NCBI GenBank assembly: GCA_048885865.1 | Contig: JBHLLF010000010.1 | Location: forward strand, 1-62,814 | DNA: 62,814 nucleotides | Source: Candidatus Hermodarchaeota archaeon | GTDB taxonomy: Archaea > Asgardarchaeota > Thorarchaeia > Thorarchaeales > Thorarchaeaceae | Direction: 5' to 3' | Shown: in pieces, positions 20,610 through 29,285 of the stretch | How the letters are laid out: the number at the start of each line of letters is the position of its first letter | How positions within the stretch are numbered: position 1 is the first letter of the stretch | Made by a program: the position numbers and the translations under genes | The notes under the pieces: model-generated | What the model saw: only the letters and a program-made list of their open reading frames with translations | Told to the model about the DNA's origin: nothing | Databases searched by the model: none

Positions 20610-21792
20610 CGACTTAACTGCGTACGCCGTAGAGTATTTGAGAGGTGAAGATAGACTATCGACCATGCTCAAGAATGCTGAGGAATATGTACTCAAGGTA
20701 GAGAATCTAAAGGCCTTCTACACATCTAGGAAGGGATTAGTAAAGGCAGTGAATGACATCAGCTTTGGTATTCGCAAGGGAGAATCAGTAGGGCTCTTTG
20801 GGGAATCAGGATCTGGCAAGACTTCAGTTGCGCTAGCTATCATAGGCATATTCGATGAGCTTTCGCGCTACTATGCGTCAGCTTCAAGTGATCCAGAGAA
20901 TAAGAAACTCTGGGAAAAGAAGGACGAGGCTAGAAAGAAGGGCCTTACTTCCAAAGACTTGGGAATAGAGCTACCGGGTATCGAAGGTCGCATTTTATTC
21001 AAAGGTAAGGACTTGGTGACACTAGACGAAAAGGAATATCGGAAAATTCGGGGGATGGATATAACCTATGTTCCGCAGGGAACAATGAAATCTCTGAACC
21101 CCTACACCCAGATTGGCATACAAACCGCTGAAACATTATGGTCTCATGATGAAGACAATCTATTGATAGAGAGGGAAGTGCTTCGCAAAGTGCTCGAAAC
21201 ACTTGACCTTGTGGAGATTGGTGACTCGGACCTACGTCAATTCATGAAACCTGGCGAGTTCTCAATGGGAGAAGACCAGCGTATACTACTGGCCATGGCA
21301 CTAATCTCGGATCCAGGTCTTCTGATAGCCGATGAGCCCACGACTGCTGTCGATGTGGGTGTGCAACGTCGGATTCTTGATGCCCTGGGAATAATCCGTC
21401 GCGAACTTGATCTAGCATTGCTTCTCATTAGTAATGACCAAGGTCTGGTCGCAGAAATCTCAGATCGAATAGCAGTCATGAGTGCTGGACGAATTATGGA
21501 ATTCGGCACAAGTGAGAGGGTACTGAATTCGCCTGGCCATCCATTCACTCGAGCATTCATAATGAGCAATCCAAGTATGGAAGTGATGCGCAAGATACGT
21601 GAAAAAGGGCTACGGCTCAAGGGAATCCCCGGAGCACCTCCTGATATGACAAATCTCCCATCTGGCTGTCCGTTTCATCCTCGATGTGAATACGCAAAGG
21701 ATGTCTGCAAAACTGACATTCCAGAGTATCGAGAAGTTGGGGAAGACTATTGGATATTCTGCCATCGATATGAGGAGCTGCCATCCTGGTAA
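20578..21792 (+). CDS. Orphan OppD/DppD-like ABC ATPase with degenerate motifs
   Basis: GESGSGKT, IADEPTT, C-terminal CPFHPRC cluster; signature FSMGE, H-loop ISND; likely start MLKNAEE (~20665). Confidence 0.85.
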   Translation: MQEKGIRTLNSDLTAYAVEYLRGEDRLSTMLKNAEEYVLKVENLKAFYTSRKGLVKAVNDISFGIRKGESVGLFGESGSGKTSVALAIIGIFDELSRYYASASSDPENKKLWEKKDEARKKGLTSKDLGIELPGIEGRILFKGKDLVTLDEKEYRKIRGMDITYVPQGTMKSLNPYTQIGIQTAETLWSHDEDNLLIEREVLRKVLETLDLVEIGDSDLRQFMKPGEFSMGEDQRILLAMALISDPGLLIADEPTTAVDVGVQRRILDALGIIRRELDLALLLISNDQGLVAEISDRIAVMSAGRIMEFGTSERVLNSPGHPFTRAFIMSNPSMEVMRKIREKGLRLKGIPGAPPDMTNLPSGCPFHPRCEYAKDVCKTDIPEYREVGEDYWIFCHRYEELPSW

Positions 21793-21821
21793 GGTCTGAA
21801 TATGGCACACGGGATAAACGG

Positions 21822-22922
21822 CTAGAAGACAGAACCTACAAGCTCATGCACTGAGCTGAACTCATGAAGACTTCCTTCGAATCTCTCAATGATAGGACCA
21901 AAGATGAGATCAAATTTGTCAGTGAACTCTTGAACCTTAGAAAGCAGAATGTGGTAGGCCTTGCGCGAAATCAGAACTGATGAGAAACTCTCACCATGTG
22001 CGAAGAGAATCTCATAATCCCCGATTGAAACCACATTAAGTCCTTCTTCACTCTTAGTGATTTCCTGAAAGAGAGATTGGACACCAGAGATTCCTGCAGC
22101 AGTAAGGACTTGGTCGATGTCTTGGACTTCTTCGAAGTGATGGTGAAAGACTAACAAGCCGCCTTCTTGGATGATATACAGCTCGACCAATTGATGGCGC
22201 CAGTCAAGTTCATCCAGAGCTGGTGACATGATCAAGGCATAGCCGAATATGATGAGCCCTATTACCATAAGCGCTGCACCGAGGGTGTATATCATTTCGC
22301 CAAATGCATAATAGGAGATATCGCTCCTGCCCAAGAATCCTACAAATCCTATGAGAAATCCTGCAACGATTTGACCAATGCTTCTTCGAACTGCGCCACT
22401 GGTATTTCGTATCGAAAAAGTGAGGAAAATCATGACGCCAATCAAAGTGATTATTGAAATGAACAAGGCGACTGCCTCAATATAATCACTTGGAGAAACT
22501 ACGGTAAGTCCTGCAGAAGCTAGACCCGTAAGGGAAAAGACATGGTGGAGCCGATATGGCAGCATTCTTTCTATCGTTGAGAAGAAGGCGACTAGAGCGA
22601 GAATTAGGCACATGTAACCTATTTTGACCCAGAAGATGTTAAGCGGATCCTCTGTAAAGTAGAAGTCAGCAAGCATAAACGCGGACGTATTTCCAACCAT
22701 CCCAATGAAGAAGAGACCCCATGCAAGCTTCACGTCGACTGCCTTTCGAAATGGACTCCTGTACCACTGGCCGAGTAGGACAATCCCCAGGAGAAATGAG
22801 TAGAAGACAATGGCACCATCCAAAAGTAAAATGATGTCACGAACTATGTCACCTGGCGGAAATAGCGGCAGTAGCATAACACCCCTGTTCAGGTCACTTC
22901 CTATGGGGATTAGTGCTGCCAC
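21822..22922 (-). CDS. Multi-pass membrane protein with C-terminal longin-like domain
   Basis: About 7 TM helices, then LYIIQEGGLLVF...DQVLTAAGISGVQSLFQEI...FTDKFDLIF, a pattern typical of Asgard longin domains. Confidence 0.7.
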   Translation of the reverse strand: MAALIPIGSDLNRGVMLLPLFPPGDIVRDIILLLDGAIVFYSFLLGIVLLGQWYRSPFRKAVDVKLAWGLFFIGMVGNTSAFMLADFYFTEDPLNIFWVKIGYMCLILALVAFFSTIERMLPYRLHHVFSLTGLASAGLTVVSPSDYIEAVALFISIITLIGVMIFLTFSIRNTSGAVRRSIGQIVAGFLIGFVGFLGRSDISYYAFGEMIYTLGAALMVIGLIIFGYALIMSPALDELDWRHQLVELYIIQEGGLLVFHHHFEEVQDIDQVLTAAGISGVQSLFQEITKSEEGLNVVSIGDYEILFAHGESFSSVLISRKAYHILLSKVQEFTDKFDLIFGPIIERFEGSLHEFSSVHELVGSVF

Positions 22923-22964
22923 TTAATAGTCAATCTTGGATGGCTGTATGGATTAGTATGCCGT

Positions 22965-23480
22965 CTAGCATTCATCCATTAAGGCTCTCACTATCTCCAG
23001 AGGAGAATCAACTGCCTTCCCCCACAGGTTCTCTGGTGCAGGCTGCAATTCCTTTGCACCAATCATTCGACGTATTTTAGCAATTTGCCCTGTATGGTAT
23101 ATCCCATGCTGACAAGTCCTCAGAACTGCCCAAGCTATAGATGGCCCACCTTCATTTGGAGGGATGACGTGAAGCTGTTCCTCAGGACACTCACGCACAA
23201 TCTTCGTAATCTTCTCAGTGTTCTCTTTAATTCGAGCTAGTACCTCTTCGAATGTATCTGCAATGACAGGAGGCCCAATTGAATTGTTAGCTTTGTGAAA
23301 CCAGTAGGTTTCAGCGGTACCGATGTGCATTACGATTCCGGCGATTGACCTTGAGTATTCCTCGGAAGTTACCTGTTTGACTAACTCGTCATAGGTCAAA
23401 TCCATCAAAACATGATGGAGATGCGCTCTCATATTCTCATGCGTTTGGATCACTTTATCTCTAAACCATGCTGGGATCAT
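22965..23480 (-). CDS. DinB/YfiT family protein
   Basis: SIAGIVMHIGTAETYW and HGIYHTGQI His triad. Confidence 0.85.
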   Translation of the reverse strand: MIPAWFRDKVIQTHENMRAHLHHVLMDLTYDELVKQVTSEEYSRSIAGIVMHIGTAETYWFHKANNSIGPPVIADTFEEVLARIKENTEKITKIVRECPEEQLHVIPPNEGGPSIAWAVLRTCQHGIYHTGQIAKIRRMIGAKELQPAPENLWGKAVDSPLEIVRALMDEC

Positions 23481-23491
23481 ATAGCCCCCTC

Positions 23492-24688
23492 CTAGTCTTC
23501 ACCTGGCCTCTTGGGTGGTTCTTTAGTGATTGTCACGAGTTCGTACTCTCTGCTTCCCAGACCCATTTTCTCAGCATGAGCCAATTGGAGTTCTGCAAGT
23601 TCCAGGATTTCACCAGTTTCAGGATTCTTACATGCATGCACCATGGCAAACTTGCAGGCTCCACATTCAAGATCAGCTGCTGGAGAGTCAGGATTTGCTG
23701 GAGCATCCTTGATAGCCTGCAGTGTAGCTTGGTCAATTGCCAAAGGGTCTCTTGATCCAAAGATGCCAATATCATGAACCAGTAGAGGTGCACCTACATT
23801 CCAGCAGTCGCACTTGTCGCTGATATCGATCGCCAGATTGATGTAGTAGAATTTGTCAGCTCCAATCGAATCGATCACTCCAACAGAATTCTCAACGAAA
23901 ATTGGACTTTGCTCATGGTTTGGCCTCCATGACATTTTTGTTGCTTTAGCCTCAACCTTTCTGCAGACATCTACACAATGGTGGCAGCGGATGCATCGTG
24001 ACTCATCGACCTCTGCTTTCTCGTTCATGATAATGCATCTTGTCGGACAGACCTTCAAGCATTTCGAGCACTCTGGCCCAAGACATTTCTCTGGATCAAT
24101 CTTGATGTCGCCCATGAAATGCATAGCAGCTTTGCCCCTTTTGCCTACAAGCCCAATACCTAGATTCTTGAGTGTTCCACCAATTCCCCCGAGACCATGG
24201 CCTTTCGCATGAGTGAGTACAATCACCTTGTCACAGTCAAGCAGGGCAGCTGCAACGTCCACGTTCTGCACGTGATCGCCATTCACTTCAACATCGTAGA
24301 TGTCTGTCCCCCAGTATCCATCTGCCATGATAAGCGGGGCACCTACTGAAGCTTCAGTATAGCCATGGAGTGTTCCCATTCCCAGATATTCAGGTGCTGT
24401 AGTACGACCTCCATATGTTCCTCCGCCACCATAGCCAAGACCAGTTGTTTCAGCGACAAATGGCTCTCCGCCTGCAGCTCTTACAAGATCCACAATCTTG
24501 CGTGCATAGGCCGGTCTCAAGTAATTGGTGTTGCCCCACTGGCCAAAGTGGGTCTTGACCATAACTCTCTCACCAGGTTTGATATCCTTGTCAAGGCCGA
24601 GCTCCTTGAAGATATGCTCGAGCTTGTCAATCATGTTGTAGTCCGGTCGCGCTTGACGATCTGTGAAGTAGACCTTTGATTTTCCCAT
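23492..24688 (-). CDS. DUF362 domain Fe-S protein with 2x[4Fe-4S] ferredoxin insert
   Basis: SKVYFTD, VKTHFG, THAKGH, LKNLGIG, CIRCHHCVDVC, CDC, DPLAIDQA. Confidence 0.85.
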   Translation of the reverse strand: MGKSKVYFTDRQARPDYNMIDKLEHIFKELGLDKDIKPGERVMVKTHFGQWGNTNYLRPAYARKIVDLVRAAGGEPFVAETTGLGYGGGGTYGGRTTAPEYLGMGTLHGYTEASVGAPLIMADGYWGTDIYDVEVNGDHVQNVDVAAALLDCDKVIVLTHAKGHGLGGIGGTLKNLGIGLVGKRGKAAMHFMGDIKIDPEKCLGPECSKCLKVCPTRCIIMNEKAEVDESRCIRCHHCVDVCRKVEAKATKMSWRPNHEQSPIFVENSVGVIDSIGADKFYYINLAIDISDKCDCWNVGAPLLVHDIGIFGSRDPLAIDQATLQAIKDAPANPDSPAADLECGACKFAMVHACKNPETGEILELAELQLAHAEKMGLGSREYELVTITKEPPKRPGED

Positions 24689-24766
24689 TGCAAAGCCTCA
24701 AGAGGCCGATGAGAAGCTAGGTATTAATGGTTGCGAATTTCATATATCTAGTCCAGAAATTTCGTG

Positions 24767-25624
24767 CTAGTTCGTCACCCGGCGTTCTACAATGCGTCTG
24801 GCCTGCAACTCTGCATACCACACTATGATAAAGCCGGCAATTAGGATAAGAATTGCAGCAGGATTGAATCTATATCCTGACTGTATAATTGCCGCCCAAC
24901 CGAATGCAAGGATGATTGACCCGGGTATAATAGCGCGGGGTTTTGGTTTATCCCGGGAAGTGAGATACATAATAGCAAGTAGAAGGGCCGAGAGAAATCC
25001 CCAAGTGAAAAGAAGATTAGGATTCAGTAGGATGAGCAAGGCTGAGATATCTATCCATGGGGCAATTGGAGCAGGCGTTGTTGAAGTTGGAGAGGTTGCA
25101 GTTGTGTTAGATGATACAGGAGTAGGTGTTGAGGTGACAACTATCACTGAAATCTGAGTTGAATTGCTTCTTCCCGCGTTTGCCGCAATGAAGAACCACA
25201 ATGTGTATGAACCAAGGGTAGATGGAACAATGACTTTGTATTCGACATCTATCTTACCCACTTCGGTATTAAGATCTGCAACGTCGCCATCACGGACACT
25301 TCCCTCGTCATCTAGTGCTTCATAGACAAACGCACTATTGTCAACCAATTCACTGGGAAATTTGCATAGCTCTCCGCTAGCAGAGATGTTCAGCTCGATA
25401 GTTGTACCCGGATTTACTTCAAAGGATGAAGAACTTACTTGGATTGCCATCCCTGTGTCGTTTGTATGGCATCCAGAGGTTGAGCAATCATTGGAAATAG
25501 ATGGGAACCCTCCAGCAAGGAATTGAGTGGACAAAATGAAAGCGGCCAGAACTACCAGAATTGGAAAACAGATGCGCTTCTTGTCATATGACATGAGCCT
25601 CATATTCCCCTTCGATTCGAGCAA
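24767..25624 (-). CDS. Secreted/membrane protein with CX4CH motif, beta-rich domain, S/T/P linker and 3 TM helices
   Basis: Signal peptide, CSTSGCH, TSTPTPVSSNTTATSPTSTTP, C-terminal TM helices. Confidence 0.65.
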   Translation of the reverse strand: MLESKGNMRLMSYDKKRICFPILVVLAAFILSTQFLAGGFPSISNDCSTSGCHTNDTGMAIQVSSSSFEVNPGTTIELNISASGELCKFPSELVDNSAFVYEALDDEGSVRDGDVADLNTEVGKIDVEYKVIVPSTLGSYTLWFFIAANAGRSNSTQISVIVVTSTPTPVSSNTTATSPTSTTPAPIAPWIDISALLILLNPNLLFTWGFLSALLLAIMYLTSRDKPKPRAIIPGSIILAFGWAAIIQSGYRFNPAAILILIAGFIIVWYAELQARRIVERRVTN

Positions 25625-25722
25625 AGGTAGGAGCTATGAGCCATTTATCTTTAGCGGGGAGGCTTCAATTGATGAATCTTTGAGAGAATCAAACCTGAGT
25701 ACTAATGATAGGAATCCAGAAC

Positions 25723-26862
25723 CTATCCATGGGGAGAGCCATCCGGTTTTGCTCGAGATAAAGCGAGTAATTTGTATTGAGTTGTTCCGAGTCCTATTTT
25801 CTCACCATGCTCGAAGATTCTAGTAGACCGCTCCACAAGATTCGCAAATTCAGATATCCCGGATGATTGAGGGTTCAAAGCAGCTTTCTTCATGACCTCA
25901 AGTGTTGCATGGTCAATTGCCAAAGGGTCAGTTGATCCCAGAATCCCAAGGTCATGCATGAGCAGAGGTGCTCCAACACAGATGCAGTCACAATGGTCAG
26001 AGATATCGATTGCAAGATTGATATAGTAAAACTTGTCAGCTCCAATTGATTTTGTCACACCTAGTGAGTTCTCTACGATTCGCTCAGCCATGTTTGATCC
26101 TGACCAAGGCATAGCAATCGTGTTGGTTTTAGTTGACCTGCAGACAGATGCACAGTGCCCACAGGTGACACATTGGTCCATGTGGATCGTGACAACCTCT
26201 GAAACCTCTATGCATCGCTTTGGGCAGACAGGCACACACTTGGAACACTCAACACCAAGGCAATTTTCAGATTTGATTTGAAGGCCATCAGGACAGTGGA
26301 CTGCAGCCTTTCCCTGCTTGCCGACCATTCCAACACCCATATTCTTGATAGTTGCAGCGACACCAATGTGATGGAATTTCGCATGGCTGAGCAGAATGAC
26401 TTTGTCGCAATCGAGAACGGCACCAGCAACAGGGACAGACTTTAGATGGTCACCATCAATCGGAACCGAATAGGTATCGACTCCCCAGTATCCATCTGCA
26501 ATGACCATAGGTGCGCCTAAGACTCCAGGCGTGAATCCGTTGAGAGCAGCACGCATCAAGTACTCAGGTGCAGTAGTCCGGCCCCCATATGGTCGTCCAG
26601 TCCCGTATGCAAGAGACGCGGTGTCTGCAACGAAGGGGAAACCTCCAGCGCTCTTGACTAAATCCACAAGCTTCCGGACATATGCTGGTCGTATGTGGTT
26701 TGTATTCCCGTAGAGACCGAAGTGAGTCTTGATCATCACTTTTTCATCAGCCTGTATTGCATCAGGAAGGCCCATTTCAATGAAGACATGTTCCAGCTTG
26801 TCAAGCATATTGTAGTCAGGCCTAGCCTGTCTGTTTGCAAAATAGACTTTCAATTCCGTCAT
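25723..26862 (-). CDS. DUF362 domain Fe-S protein (paralog of 23492-24688)
   Basis: Shared RQARPDYNM, YGGRTTAPEYL, ADGYWG, IGADKFYYINLAIDISD. Confidence 0.85.
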   Translation of the reverse strand: MTELKVYFANRQARPDYNMLDKLEHVFIEMGLPDAIQADEKVMIKTHFGLYGNTNHIRPAYVRKLVDLVKSAGGFPFVADTASLAYGTGRPYGGRTTAPEYLMRAALNGFTPGVLGAPMVIADGYWGVDTYSVPIDGDHLKSVPVAGAVLDCDKVILLSHAKFHHIGVAATIKNMGVGMVGKQGKAAVHCPDGLQIKSENCLGVECSKCVPVCPKRCIEVSEVVTIHMDQCVTCGHCASVCRSTKTNTIAMPWSGSNMAERIVENSLGVTKSIGADKFYYINLAIDISDHCDCICVGAPLLMHDLGILGSTDPLAIDHATLEVMKKAALNPQSSGISEFANLVERSTRIFEHGEKIGLGTTQYKLLALSRAKPDGSPHG

Positions 26863-26956
26863 GTTTCCAACCTGACATTGGGTTAACAGGGCATGACTTA
26901 ATCGTTGTCTTTCCCTGCTCTTTCAAAACTGTTTATTACACAATCGCTCGCCAACA

Positions 26957-28063
26957 GTGTCGGTGAATCCTTTGCCAAAGGGTGACGAGCTCCTCATCGT
27001 GGAGAACCTAAGAGCATACTATCCCTCCTCCAAAGGACTTGTCAGAGCTGTAGACGATGTTTCACTCGAAATCCGAGAAGGAGAGGCAGTAGGTCTCCTT
27101 GGAGAGAGCGGATGTGGGAAGAGCTCGCTAGCCCTCGCAATTATGGGGCTTTTTGAACGAGTGGCTCGTTTCCAAGCAGGAGCATCAAGCGATCCCACTC
27201 TACTGAAACAGTTCAAGGCAGGAAACAGATCCCTTGCGGAGGACCGACCAGGTATCCAAGGGAAGGTGATGTTCAGAGGAAAGGATCTGACATCAATGAA
27301 GGAGGAGGACCTGGTCGAGATTCGAGGAAAGGAGATCTCACTTATTCCTCAAGGTCTCACTCATGCACTCAACCCACAGCACAGCATCGGTCATCAGACT
27401 GCAGAACCCATAGACATTCACGAAGAAGATGTACGCCTGATTGACATGAAGCGGCGAGTGCTTGAATACCTCGGCATGGTCCAGCTTGCAGACGCAGGTA
27501 TTCGATATGTGCTCGATCCAGGAAGTTTCTCTGGAGGCGAGAGCCAAAGGGTTTTGATTGCAATGTCACTCATATCAGGCCCATACCTTGTGATTGCAGA
27601 CGAGCCGACGTCTGCACTTGATGTAACTATCCAGCGCCAAATTATGGACCTGTTGAGAATGGTGAAGGAAGATTTCGATGTGTCCACTCTTCTCATCAGC
27701 CATGACGCTGGAGTTATCGCTGAGCTATCTGACCGAGTTGCAGTGATGTACGCGGGAAAGATTCAGGAATATGGTGATGCCGTTCAGATGTTTCATCATC
27801 CTAGCCATCCATATACCATGGGGCTCATGGCCTCTTTCCCCACCATTGCAATGATGCAGATGAAGGCCGGCAGAAAAAGACCTCGGCTAAGGGGTATAAG
27901 AGGAAGCCCTCCCGACCTCACAGACCTTCCGTCTGGGTGCCCATTTCACCCAAGATGCGACTACTGTATTGAAACCTGCAAAACGGAAGTTCCAGAGTAT
28001 AGAGAAGTTGAACCTAGGCACTATGTCAGATGTCATAGATGGGGTGAGATTGAGAAAGAATGA
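26957..28063 (+). CDS. Orphan OppD/DppD-like ABC ATPase
   Basis: GESGCGKS, FSGGESQR, IADEPTSALD, ISHD, C-terminal Cys cluster. Confidence 0.88.
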   Translation: MSVNPLPKGDELLIVENLRAYYPSSKGLVRAVDDVSLEIREGEAVGLLGESGCGKSSLALAIMGLFERVARFQAGASSDPTLLKQFKAGNRSLAEDRPGIQGKVMFRGKDLTSMKEEDLVEIRGKEISLIPQGLTHALNPQHSIGHQTAEPIDIHEEDVRLIDMKRRVLEYLGMVQLADAGIRYVLDPGSFSGGESQRVLIAMSLISGPYLVIADEPTSALDVTIQRQIMDLLRMVKEDFDVSTLLISHDAGVIAELSDRVAVMYAGKIQEYGDAVQMFHHPSHPYTMGLMASFPTIAMMQMKAGRKRPRLRGIRGSPPDLTDLPSGCPFHPRCDYCIETCKTEVPEYREVEPRHYVRCHRWGEIEKE

Positions 28064-28064
28064 A

Positions 28065-28181
28065 GTGTGAGCGCGCATCGGCGCCCACGAGTGATATCCT
28101 CCACCAAGCCTTTGACGCAGGCTTGACTCGGTTCACGCATCTTGTCCAGTTTCCGTCCTCCCGGCTTTGGCTCAAGACGCG
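28065..28181 (-). ncRNA. Candidate structured ncRNA of unknown family
   Basis: GC-rich, three stems whose G-U pairs work only on the minus strand, with a TATATAT box about 20 nt upstream. Confidence 0.5.
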
Positions 28182-28198
28182 ACAATCCTCTCTGAAGC

Positions 28199-28205
28199 AT
28201 ATATA
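28199..28205 (-). promoter_or_regulatory. Archaeal TATA box for the candidate ncRNA
   Basis: Minus strand reads GAAGGCC-TATATAT-GC. Confidence 0.45.
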
Positions 28206-28268
28206 GGCCTTCCCTCGAAAATAACCGCCTATTTTTCCGAAGCACCAAAACGCGCCAAACTGAGATTC

Positions 28269-29156
28269 CTACTCATAGTTGAGTTGCAGTTCCATCTCCA
28301 TGAGGGTTCGGATGGTTTCGAAGCCTGCTTCGATGAAGGGCTGTTTCTCCAGGAGGTCGCCATCTACTTCGGTTCGAATTTCCTTCACACCATCTAGGTG
28401 TAATCGAGCAGCAAGGTGAGAAATGAGACTGGAGTCAGGCACCTCGATTAAAGCTGCTCCTGCCTTCAATGGAGTGAGGTCAATCCAGCCCATTTGTCTA
28501 TTAGCCTCGGACCTATATGCAACAGCCAGCGTGGTTTCATAATCCCGAGAAAGCAAGGTGAATCGTGGCTCCCACTTGTAAGCAGCTTCGTCTCTCAATT
28601 CGTGTAGATCAAGAGGTCTCGAGAAAAGCCCGCCGAAGAGATCCATGAGTCGCTGAGCTGGTCCCTTGCTCTCCCACTCTCTCACGCGACTTATCAGGGT
28701 TTCATCAATCGACAACTCAGAATCAATCTCGAGCTTCAGACTGACTAAGACTCTACGAGCTTCAAAGGTGTATTCACTAAGGACATCCGGTACCTTGATA
28801 GCTGATAGAGGTGTCCAAGCTGCAATTCGTTTGGCTCGGATATCACGAGCCCAGTCCATGACAAATTCAATAATACACTGTAGACCCTCAGTCTTTCCAG
28901 ATATAATGCTGATATCAGACATGAATGCAGATTGAGAGTCATCAGACCCAATGTAACGAGCAACAGCAGTGGCAATACCATCCTCAAGACCTAGAAGAGT
29001 TCGTTCAGGATTGACGACTCCTTGCTTGATGAGGGCTTTAAGCTCATGAGGCATGAGTGGATGAAACTCAGGGATATTCCCTTTGCCTTCATTATACACT
29101 CTTAACCAATCATCAATCCTTTCATCAGTGAGCTGAGCAATAGAGGCCTTAGTCAT
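28269..29156 (-). CDS. Tandem GNAT-like fold hypothetical protein
   Basis: Two repeats ending in YTFEARR and FIEAGFETIRT, GNAT-like strand order; weak. Confidence 0.55.
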   Translation of the reverse strand: MTKASIAQLTDERIDDWLRVYNEGKGNIPEFHPLMPHELKALIKQGVVNPERTLLGLEDGIATAVARYIGSDDSQSAFMSDISIISGKTEGLQCIIEFVMDWARDIRAKRIAAWTPLSAIKVPDVLSEYTFEARRVLVSLKLEIDSELSIDETLISRVREWESKGPAQRLMDLFGGLFSRPLDLHELRDEAAYKWEPRFTLLSRDYETTLAVAYRSEANRQMGWIDLTPLKAGAALIEVPDSSLISHLAARLHLDGVKEIRTEVDGDLLEKQPFIEAGFETIRTLMEMELQLNYE

Positions 29157-29285
29157 CGGATTCTCGATTGTATATCTAATCTCGCTTTTGAACCTAATGG
29201 GTTGGGCAGATTTTCTCGTTGAAAGGCTTGGTTTCTCAAGTCAGCCTTAGGGGAGGCCGCGAGGCCTCCTCTGCCTAGCATTCTT

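Noticed and set aside
28141-28175. GGACGGAAAC resembling a hammerhead ribozyme core
   Set aside because: No CUGANGA element at the required position
28033-28248. 71-aa minus-strand ORF over the candidate ncRNA
   Set aside because: TTG start upstream of the TATA box, no motif, and overlap with the convergent gene; RNA structure explains the region better
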